64,000 nt of DNA, from IMG/VR virus record IMGVR_UViG_2600255062_000003, positions 1 through 64,000 of that record; one strand, 5' to 3'. A program made the translations under genes and the position numbers. This DNA comes from a virus (taxonomy: Duplodnaviria; Caudoviricetes). The first letter of the stretch is position 1. Each line of letters begins with the position of its first letter. Shown piece by piece: positions 55,295 to 64,000 of the stretch. The notes beneath the pieces were generated by a model that did not search any database, was not told the origin of the DNA, and saw only the letters and a list, made by a program, of their open reading frames with translations.

Positions 55295-56833
55295 CTATAT
55301 ATTTTGAACTAAAATTTCGTTAACCAATTCTATAAATTTATCTCCATCGATAATCTCACTATTAAAATCTGAACCTAATACATTCAAGTGTGATAATGTC
55401 TTTTCTAGGCCATCAAACTCAACTGCAAATGGCTCTTTAATGTTACTAGGTCTTTGACGGAATGAACCAATTTTATTTTTCATAAAAAACCATTTACCAT
55501 AAATATTGTCCGCTTCCTCAACCAGCAATAAATTAAAACCTTGCCCATCGTAAATATCAAAATAACCCCACGCAATTATCAGTTGATCTCTGAGTTTAGG
55601 ACGTACAACAACTTGATATTTACTTTCCCAAAAACTATCTTCTCTAATTTTATAAAAATCTTTATCAAACAATACTCTTAGTCTTATGTTGACTTTTTTA
55701 AGTGATGGTAATTTGAGTTCCAAATTAATATAGTCTCTTTTCAGATCGTTAAACGAATCCAAGATCATCTTTGAGCCAGTGTATCTTGTATTGAACTCAT
55801 TCACATATTCCTTTAGTGGTTCGTAAATACATTCTTTGAATTGATAGTTAATTCTTTTTACATGATCCTGTTTTTCGTTTTCTTCTTTTTGTTTCAGAAG
55901 TTGCTGGGTCTTATGCGACTCATCTTTTACAACTTTAATGTTAACAAGATTGTCAATTAAACTTGTTACGGAAGTTGCAGGTGTCTCATCTAAACCAATC
56001 TCTCTTTCAATCTCTTCCCAGTTTTTATAGCGCGCGCCAACATTCTTCTCAATCATCTTATTGACAACTTGTACAATACTGTTGGTAATAGTTGGATTAA
56101 TCTGTTTTATTGGTGTTGGATTTTGAAATGTATGAGCCTCTTGCCACATAGTCATATCAGCCTCATTTTTAACCTCATAAGGATGTCTAAGTGTAGCTAG
56201 TTCATAAAATAGGATTCCCATTGAATAGATGTCATTTTGAATTGTGTTTTTTTCGCTTCTCCATCTTTCTGGCGCCATATACTTAATGTGACCGATGCCT
56301 TTAAAAGTAAGTTGTCTAGTCTCTTCTGTTGCAACTTTAGCAAGACCAAAATCAGCGATTTTTAGAGTTCCCTTATGAATCAATATATTATCTGCCTTTA
56401 TATCCCTATGTACTAAGAGATCGTTTATATGTTTCATTCCCTGAATTAGCTGACTGTAAAACTCTTTCAACAGTTCGTTTGAAAAGAAAACACCTTCTTC
56501 TTTTTGCTTATTCAAATAACTCAATAATGTCCCTTGGTCTGCGTATTCCATAATTAAATATGGTGGTAAATTCGGATATTTATCCTTGTGTATATAGAAA
56601 TATTTTACTGCATTGGGATGAGAAACTTTTGTTGCCATTTGGCATTCATTTATAAATGTGACATAAGCTTCTTGTGTAGGAAATGTTGTTGGTAGTGTCT
56701 TTAAAGCAAAGACACTTTTATCCGACTTCCTTTGAATCTTAAAAACAAACCCAAAATTCCCATTTCCAATCATTTCAATTACTTCATACTCCTCTTCGGA
56801 TTCATCAAATACAGTAACACCCTGAGCAATCAT
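55295..56833 (-). CDS. Hanks-type Ser/Thr kinase with unknown C-terminal domain
   Basis: IGNGNFG, ALK, HRDIKADN, DFG, APE; own TG-TATAAT at 56864-56871. Confidence 0.92.
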   Translation of the reverse strand: MIAQGVTVFDESEEEYEVIEMIGNGNFGFVFKIQRKSDKSVFALKTLPTTFPTQEAYVTFINECQMATKVSHPNAVKYFYIHKDKYPNLPPYLIMEYADQGTLLSYLNKQKEEGVFFSNELLKEFYSQLIQGMKHINDLLVHRDIKADNILIHKGTLKIADFGLAKVATEETRQLTFKGIGHIKYMAPERWRSEKNTIQNDIYSMGILFYELATLRHPYEVKNEADMTMWQEAHTFQNPTPIKQINPTITNSIVQVVNKMIEKNVGARYKNWEEIEREIGLDETPATSVTSLIDNLVNIKVVKDESHKTQQLLKQKEENEKQDHVKRINYQFKECIYEPLKEYVNEFNTRYTGSKMILDSFNDLKRDYINLELKLPSLKKVNIRLRVLFDKDFYKIREDSFWESKYQVVVRPKLRDQLIIAWGYFDIYDGQGFNLLLVEEADNIYGKWFFMKNKIGSFRQRPSNIKEPFAVEFDGLEKTLSHLNVLGSDFNSEIIDGDKFIELVNEILVQNI

Positions 56834-57402
56834 GGAAAGTCCTCCCTAAATTTTTGTAACTCAATTATACAATAACCTGTTGTTATATGTCGTCCCCTCC
56901 CTTCTCGTAATGGATATAAAAGAACTCATTTATCTGATTATTTATAGCTTTTTGTCCAAGATACCTCTTTGTGATTGCTGTTTTGAGATTGAAATTCCCA
57001 TCCATTACTAGTCATATATACTGCATGTTGTAGGTATTCCTCATAGCTACTATATTCGTAGTTTACAATTTCAAATCTAATTTTCGGCATAATAGCATTA
57101 TCCTCCTCTGTTATTTCAGTATCTGATTGTTTATCTTCATTTTGTCCATGTTCTTCTGTAATCATAGAATCAGGGATCAAATAGCCTCTGCAATGTGGAC
57201 ATCTATCATAATCCTCTGACCATATTTCACCACATCCCTCATAATGGGAAAAGTGAAATAAATGTCTTTTGGGCACTCCTATGCATCGGTACATTATGTA
57301 TTTCCCTCCTAAAAATAAATGGCGTTACAACAACTTCACTAAAGTCATTATACCACCATTTATTAACTATGTATATTATTATTTTTGTTTATATAATTTG
57401 AT

Positions 57403-57915
57403 TTAGCTAATTCTTAAATGTCTCTTGTCAGTAACCAATGTAACTCCATTGATCTTTTCGCCTTGTTTAAGAGCTTGCAGTAAAGCTTTAGTATCCACTT
57501 TGTTTGGTTGTGGGATTTTATATGTATCAGGTACTAGCCCTTCATTTAATACACTCACTGAAGGAGGATTGTTTTGTAAACGCACTTTAAACAGTCCTGC
57601 ACTTACTTTATCAATCCCATTGACCTCTAACACTGCTTGAGTGTATGACTTCAAACCATCATATTTGTTTTGAAGATATTTGCGCTTCTTGGCTAAACGT
57701 TTCTCTTCTTCTTCAAAAGCTTTTATATCTCCCTCAATGTTCTTCATAAACTTTGCGATGTTCTCAACTTTATGTTCAAACTCATCTTCAATTGATTCTA
57801 GAGTTTCGACATAAAGTTGGAGATCGTCTTCCGTAAGTTCGTCATTATCCCAAGCTGCGTCAATATATCCGTTTAGTACTTTATACTGATTTCCCAGTTC
57901 ATAGAGTTTACTCAT
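57403..57915 (-). CDS. Siphovirus Gp157-family protein
   Basis: KLYEL, KVENIAK, EEEKRL, NPPSV...LKQGEKING. Confidence 0.85.
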   Translation of the reverse strand: MSKLYELGNQYKVLNGYIDAAWDNDELTEDDLQLYVETLESIEDEFEHKVENIAKFMKNIEGDIKAFEEEEKRLAKKRKYLQNKYDGLKSYTQAVLEVNGIDKVSAGLFKVRLQNNPPSVSVLNEGLVPDTYKIPQPNKVDTKALLQALKQGEKINGVTLVTDKRHLRIS

Positions 57916-59852
57916 TTACAACATCCTTTTTATGTATTTATTTTTATTTGTATAAAATCTATGTTTTACTCACTTATCTTTTACTTCTATAATTAGGATT
58001 ACACCTTGAATTCTTTGTTTGTTAATTTCTCATACTTGACTATTTTATCTGCAATTTTTTCGTTCATTTGATCAATCTCGTGCTGAAGCTTCTCTTTCTC
58101 TTCTTCTATTTTTTGGTCAAACGCCTCTGTGCGATACAACTCACCATCACACATAACCCAGTCATCTCTCAGTTCCCAACCATACAAACTGCAATGTCTG
58201 TAACCAAATTGTTTCTTGTAGAATTCTAGTTGTTCTTCAATTGGTTTAGAGTTAATATCTTTAGCTCTGATAATATCCATAAATATATTCTCCTATTCTT
58301 CGTAATCACATTCCAAGTCATTCATCATCATAATTATGTCAGAAATATATGCCTTTCCTTTATCTTCGTCGCTTAATTCTACATTTTTGATATGTATATT
58401 TTTTAAATCATTCCACATCATTTTATAGTTAATGATACCTCTTGCCATTCATATTTGCCTCCTTTTCCTATCAAATTTACATTTTATCTCGTCTTAATGC
58501 TATCCAGAATAGAATTAGACCAATCATTGCAAGTACATAGCCTATGGGAAAGAATAGAATCGTTACGATCTTTTCTCCTCTACTAAGACCATCAAAGATT
58601 GACCTAAACAGCAACACATCTCTGCAACTATCAAACATGTCCTGCTCAGTAAATATCAAACACTACTCCTCCCATTCCAAAGCAATACACCCATAATAAT
58701 TACTTGTACTTAAGGCGCAACCATCTGGTACACTTGGCAACAACTGCTTTATTATTTCTTGATTATCGCCTTTTCTCATTGTTTCATCCCTCACTTGGAA
58801 GTGAGCCTTCTTTTTAGCAGGCTTTTTATTAGTTAACAACGAAAGATATCCAACTCTTTCACATGTCAGAGAATAATAGCTGCTTCTGTTATATAGTCTT
58901 ATACCATCGAATAGATTGCCTTCGTATGTTCCAAGTTGTTTTATGCTTCGACCTTCACAATCTCCTTCAGTTGAGAATTTCCAAATACCATTAACATCAA
59001 AATGCTTAGATTCCATCGCTTTTAATAAAGCTGCTTTTTCTTCTACCTCTCTACGCAGCCTATCCATATCTTCGTATATAGTCATTACAGTCCTCCTTGC
59101 GGTAAAAGTCCTCTTTTATTGGAGCTTTAATGTTTCAAAAAAATCTTTGTTTGCTTTATTGAATTTATCGAGTAATTCATGCCATTTTTCATCAAAATTA
59201 TCTGTAGAATAAATTGCCGTTTCTACTTCTTTTAAATCTTTTACTATCTGCTGAACCTTTAAATTATTACTTTTTATTGATAGATATTTTTTCAGTCCTA
59301 GTTTTGAAACTTTATTCATTTCTTTAATTACTTTCGTATAATGGTTTTTCACCTTGATATATGCAGCTTCTTTTTTTTCTTTGTTCATCCTAATATCTTC
59401 TCCTTTCATTTAAAATTTCTATTTGATCAGATTCAAATAAATAGAACAAGCTAGAATAAAAGCTACAATATCGTCGATAGTTCTAGGCGTGATTGTGCCA
59501 TAAAACATTTTTTCTGCAATCGTCCATAGAAGGCCTATCACGCAGTAAATTACCAATACATTAACAAAATCAATGATAAAAAGAAGTACACCAACAAAGA
59601 AGTCAACCAAAAATATATCCACCCCTTTCGTTTCTAATTTGTTCATGATTTTATTTCAACTAAAATTGCGATTTTATGTTTAATCCTCTTGCCAACTATA
59701 TTTCTTATCCACTGCTTTATGATCACATACTCTGCAAGTTATATGAGTTAATCCATCATAATCTCCAATGCACTCGATCATATCTTGATCTTCATTTCCA
59801 CATTTTGTACAAGTAATTTTAAATCCTTTGAATTTAGCCATCTTTGCACTTC

Positions 59853-60563
59853 CTATGAACTAAAATGTCTATCCACATCAAGACTTTCCAATTGCTCAAT
59901 TTCCTTGTCATTAAATCCGACCTTATTTAGCCTCAGTAACACTTTAGCCATTTCCCTTTGGGTAATCGTCATTCCACGCTCAACAAATTTGGGTGTTCTT
60001 AAAATTGTACCTACAATATCTCTTGCTCGATTCTCATTATATGAAAGTTTATTTCCTTTGAGATACGCCCAATCATTCAACATTGCAACATCGATAACCC
60101 CATTGCGATAGTAGAATTGATTGTGTTTGAAATCGAATTCCCCAACAACTTCTTCTGGTTCACCTATCCATTGAGTGATTATTTGAAATTTGCCAACTGA
60201 AATTGCGTTTTTAGTAATTACTAATGGTAACCCTTTGTAGGTTCCACCGCTAATATCTGAACCATGATATCCAGCTTGATCCATAAAGTACGTTTTGAGT
60301 TTTTCTGCTAACTCATTGGATGTTAAGAAGAAGTCATAATCTTTAGGTTCATGCTCATGATACAAACTATAAATACATCCACCAGATATGTATGATTTAT
60401 TTCTAAACTCTAAGATAAATTCTTTCGGAAGTAAGAGTTCAAAAATATTGTATTGTCGCTCTAGCTCTCTTTTTACGGACGCCAACTTAATATTATGCAT
60501 CGTATCATCATCGATAATTTCTCTGCGTTTAAAATACTTCAGCACTTTTCTAAACAGGTTCAT
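59853..60563 (-). CDS. Second nucleotidyltransferase-fold protein
   Basis: YISGG...KDYDFF, FDFKH, R..KFVERG. Confidence 0.6.
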   Translation of the reverse strand: MNLFRKVLKYFKRREIIDDDTMHNIKLASVKRELERQYNIFELLLPKEFILEFRNKSYISGGCIYSLYHEHEPKDYDFFLTSNELAEKLKTYFMDQAGYHGSDISGGTYKGLPLVITKNAISVGKFQIITQWIGEPEEVVGEFDFKHNQFYYRNGVIDVAMLNDWAYLKGNKLSYNENRARDIVGTILRTPKFVERGMTITQREMAKVLLRLNKVGFNDKEIEQLESLDVDRHFSS

Positions 60564-60604
60564 TCACTACCTCTTTTCTATGTAAAATTCTTATTTGATA
60601 ATCT

Positions 60605-61225
60605 TTATGCTTTTTCAATTTCTATTTCCCCAGTTCTTTCTTTAAAAGAAACACAATCAAAACACTTGGAATGTCCATTACGGTCGGCCTTACCTTCTCT
60701 GTCTCCAAAGGCAAAGTTACAACAATGACTCCCCCTGCTTCCATCCGCATATTCATAAATTATTACCTTGTCGCATATAGGGAATCTTTCTTTGTAAGCC
60801 TTAATTTGACGAGGGGAATACATGCCATACTCTTCATACTCTTCATCGCTCAATTCGCCTCTTGCTTCGCGAATCCAAATATCTGTTGGTAAATCAGCAT
60901 TCGAACCACTATTATGTATTTTTTCCTGTCCTTCTATTGTAAACGTATCTACAATTCCACATAAACAATCATCACAAATTGTAAATTCAACATCACATCC
61001 ATCAAGTGAGCTGCCATATCCCATTCTTCCAAGATTGACTGTGTGCCATTGCTCTTGATAAGTAAATGCCCAATCATCTTTTACATTCCAAGTTTCTGTT
61101 TTACCACATTTATAGCACCATCTTGTCTCTTCTGGACAACAATTTGCTTCGTGGGTAGCGCAATTTCCCTCATCTGTAAAAACCTCTTCACATTTTTCAC
61201 ATTGAAACTGTTGATTTATTTTCAT
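60605..61225 (-). CDS. Cys-rich hypothetical phage protein
   Basis: Multiple CxxC motifs. Confidence 0.6.
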   Translation of the reverse strand: MKINQQFQCEKCEEVFTDEGNCATHEANCCPEETRWCYKCGKTETWNVKDDWAFTYQEQWHTVNLGRMGYGSSLDGCDVEFTICDDCLCGIVDTFTIEGQEKIHNSGSNADLPTDIWIREARGELSDEEYEEYGMYSPRQIKAYKERFPICDKVIIYEYADGSRGSHCCNFAFGDREGKADRNGHSKCFDCVSFKERTGEIEIEKA

Positions 61226-61489
61226 TAAACCACTTCCTATGTATTTTTAGTTGCTATAGCTCTCATTCTTTCAGCAGCAGCCTGTCTTTGTTCAGGTGTC
61301 CAGTTACGACCATTACTCTTAGCACGGAATGAAACCTGTCCATAATCACCCTTGAAGTAGTGACCACCATCTACATCAACTCGAAGCAGCTCTAAACCAG
61401 CCTTTTTGATTTTTGTAATAGTCTTAGGTGAGCAACTATACACTTCCCACTCATTTGTTTCATCGTTACAGACACATACTGTTTCACGC

Positions 61490-62245
61490 TCAATTGCTGT
61501 TAGACTCATTATTTTTTTGATCCTCCTTATAAAAATTTAATTTAGCTTTATCTCCTTTGATTTCTAACGCCTTGTAATCATATGCTAAGGCAGCTTCAAG
61601 CTCTGTCATAAAAGATCCGATTCGACAGTTCCTTTTATTCTTATTGTCCCAAATTTGTGATATCCAATTTTCTCCTACTTTTGAGACCCCTCTATAAGAA
61701 GAAGTTTTATCTTTTTCTTTTTTAAATGACAACCACTCTTCTTTGCTCATAAATTTGCAGTCATTAATTAACGCAAATTCACCATGAAACTTGAGTGCAT
61801 AATAGTTATAGCAATTGGCGGCTGCTGTTTCGTTTGTGTAATAACCATGTGTGGTGTGTTTTCCATCTGCAGTTATTTTGACTTTCCACATCTTACTTTT
61901 TTCATGCCAATGAACACCTTTGTATTTTGAACTTAAACCATCTGTTTTCTTTCTGTTTTTCATATTATCTTTATGTAAACAGATTCTTAAATTTCTCTTT
62001 TGGTTATTTAGTCTATTATTATCTTTGTGATCAACTACTACTTTTCTTCCCAACTTTTCAGGTTGAATCAATATTTTGTGTAGCGGTAATGAAAATAGTC
62101 CCACCCCTTTATACTTGTATTTATCTTTTGGTGAGCACTGCACATATCCATGTTTATCGATTTTAAGTTTATAAAAATTTGATATATATCTAAAATCTTC
62201 AACATCTATATATACTTGTTGATTATCGACTTCTATAATTCTAAT
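61490..62245 (-). CDS. HNH homing endonuclease with two AP2 domains, ATT start
   Basis: VDHKDNNRLNN..NLR; SKYKGV...AA..Y and SSYRGV...EAALAYD; GAGGAGGG RBS then ATT. Confidence 0.85.
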   Translation of the reverse strand: MRIIEVDNQQVYIDVEDFRYISNFYKLKIDKHGYVQCSPKDKYKYKGVGLFSLPLHKILIQPEKLGRKVVVDHKDNNRLNNQKRNLRICLHKDNMKNRKKTDGLSSKYKGVHWHEKSKMWKVKITADGKHTTHGYYTNETAAANCYNYYALKFHGEFALINDCKFMSKEEWLSFKKEKDKTSSYRGVSKVGENWISQIWDNKNKRNCRIGSFMTELEAALAYDYKALEIKGDKAKLNFYKEDQKNNESNSN

Positions 62246-62677
62246 ATTTTACCCTCCTCTCTCGATCAAATGCTGATTTTATCGAACTCTATCTACCAGT
62301 ATACTTTTACCCATTAGGAATCTCACTGGCTTATCATAGATAATCATAGTGCTCAAATCCTTAAATATTCTCGTTCTACAAGGCAAATTAGAATCTATTT
62401 GATCATGAAATTTTGTTTTATAGACAGTATTGTTTCCAGTGTCATAAATATGAACTTTAAAATTTAAGGCATCGGTATAACCATTTAAAACTCCATCTTC
62501 TGAACTTGTATCTTCATGCGGATATATATGTATCACACATCTATTCATTATTGCTTTCGGCGACTCAAAAATTTCTTCATATGAACTAAATGTTTCTTTA
62601 ATGTATTCTTCTGAATTTTTTGTAATATCAACTTCCAACTTCATTCAATTCTCCTCTCTTTAAAAGATCGATTTTAC

Positions 62678-62869
62678 TTACTCATCGCTTTTTAATTGGT
62701 CTAATATTGTTCTATAATCAGAGACTTTTTCTTTGTAAACTTCAATTCGACTTTGAACCAACTCCAGCTTATGCTCCAAATCTTCCTTTTCTCTCTCTAA
62801 ATCAAGTATAAAATCATCGTAATAGTCCAATTGTTGCTCAACAAAATGTTTTGCGCTTTGAACACTCAG
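62678..62869 (-). CDS. 63-aa coiled-coil protein, CTG start
   Basis: AAGGAG RBS then CTG; fills gap between two repeats. Confidence 0.55.
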   Translation of the reverse strand: MSVQSAKHFVEQQLDYYDDFILDLEREKEDLEHKLELVQSRIEVYKEKVSDYRTILDQLKSDE

Positions 62870-63153
62870 ATAAATCTCTCCTTTCCTGATGAAATATCAA
62901 TTTGATTTGGTTTTTTTGTTCTTGATTTTCTTTAATAACCCTTCACCGCTAACCGATAAATTCCCACCCCAAATGATGAAATAAACCAAAAAAACTAATG
63001 TAAAAGAAAATATATGTACCAAAAGGAATATTGACATCCAAGCAGCCATGCCCAACACAGTAATTGTCAGTGATGCTTCTGGTAAAATTTTAGATGCTAT
63101 CAAAAGAATAAAAAGCCAAATATAACTTAAATAATGTTTTTTCAAATGCTTTT

Positions 63154-63432
63154 TCATATAACACTGCCTCCATTGATATTCCAATTTAACCGTTTGGGAT
63201 TCCCTACTCCACCATAAACATATAGTGGCTCTTTGTATTCGAAATATTTATTTACTTGTGTTTCACTTAGAAAGTAACAATCCCTTTCGATAAAACCAAT
63301 TGAATTAGATCCATATGTAGTAATAAATTTCTCAGTGCTGTATGTATCAATATTGTAAAAGTGACCTTTTAAAAACTGATGAGCTATACCTAATCTGTCT
63401 TCTAAAACTGCACTAGTTAAAGCTTGATAAAT
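63154..63432 (-). CDS. 92-aa hypothetical protein, ATT start
   Basis: GGAGGG RBS then ATT; its TGA overlaps the next ATG (ATGA). Confidence 0.55.
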   Translation of the reverse strand: MYQALTSAVLEDRLGIAHQFLKGHFYNIDTYSTEKFITTYGSNSIGFIERDCYFLSETQVNKYFEYKEPLYVYGGVGNPKRLNWNINGGSVI

Positions 63433-64000
63433 TGCTATCCCTCCGATAATTCAAAATAAAATCTTTATTTTACTGGGTAGTCTTCCTTATAAATTTTTTC
63501 ATACATACGTCTTACGTCCACTTGAAAGTAAATTTTTTCTGGCTCAAAAGGATCTCCAACTTCAAAAGTCCAATCCCCGATCAAACCTTTCTTAATTTCA
63601 ACTTCTTCAATTAAACTCTCTTTATAGTTTGACTTAAGCACAAACTGTTCATAGATATCCAAACCTTCACTATTGTCATATTGCCAATGCAGTAAAGTCA
63701 CCAGAAGTTCCGAGTTAGCAATTCCTGTATTATGAATTAACTGGATAATCTTTTGATCTGTAAACTTTTTAAAACGATTGTCATTGTTGAAATAATACTC
63801 AAAAATATGAATTACATTTCCTTTATCATCTGTAACTACTTTTGCATATCCATCAATAGGCATAGCCATAAATAGCGCATCCTCTCAATCAAAATTATAA
63901 ATCTAATCTTCATAAAATCCTTTATTGATTTTCTGTATATTTATTTGCTCTATTGGTGGTAACATTGATATAACATCCAACAACATCTCATACTTATGTA

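Larger units (their letters stand above)
14205..57394 (-). repeat. 17-bp element ATATA(A/T)ACAAATATAAT in phage promoters (8 copies)
   Basis: Plus-strand starts at 14205, 22788, 30931, 40977, 41017, 46427, 50863, 57378; all intergenic. Confidence 0.75.
6495..63928. repeat. Dispersed palindrome TAAAA-N6-TTTTA at gene junctions (about 50 copies)
   Basis: 32 exact and about 15 one-mismatch copies read by eye; positions listed in findings. Confidence 0.9.
4582..64000 (-). mobile_element. Large SPbeta-like temperate prophage, replication/early arm (continues beyond window)
   Basis: Serine integrase at the junction, lower GC, co-oriented phage replication genes, YopX, Gp157, HNH genes. Confidence 0.93.

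Noticed and set aside
4666-62166. Plus-strand ORFs in the prophage other than 51854 and 52113
   Set aside because: Antisense to real genes, with the Ser/Phe/Leu-rich composition typical of shadow frames.
6495-63928. Junction repeat as a CRISPR array or intrinsic terminators
   Set aside because: Spacing is gene-sized and irregular, the core is variable, no cas genes are present, and the all-AU stem is too weak for a terminator.
4582-64000. Arbitrium aimR/aimP, tRNAs, virion genes, tyrosine recombinase
   Set aside because: None recognised in this window; they may lie in the unseen part of the prophage.

Overview
Bacillales chromosome, most likely Paenibacillus by protein style and gene order. 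Positions 1-~4580 are host DNA on the minus strand: the 3' half of spoVK, hflX, a ynbB-type PLP enzyme, glnR and the 5' part of glnA. At ~4580 a large AT-rich SPbeta-like prophage is inserted into spoVK and continues past 64000. The window holds a large serine integrase and the replication/nucleotide-metabolism arm (RecU-like resolvase, DnaE, ParM, sigma factor, ThyX, NrdIEF, NrdD, DNA methylase, RecJ, primase, helicase, ligase) plus dozens of short accessory genes. No virion genes, tRNAs or CRISPR arrays were seen. Main findings: (1) about 50 copies of a 16-bp palindrome TAAAA-N6-TTTTA with a variable spacer sit almost only at accessory-gene junctions and bracket self-contained modules, suggesting a cassette-shuffling system; (2) one bracketed module is an inverted two-gene RiPP-like cassette (unannotated 59-aa peptide, hairpin, SPASM radical SAM enzyme); (3) the phage carries an intact spoVK copy with a sporulation-type promoter; (4) the integrase reads through the att site and takes its C-terminus from host DNA; (5) many genes, including primase, helicase and RecJ, appear to start at ATT/ATC/ATA/CTG. 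All counts and coordinates were read by eye.
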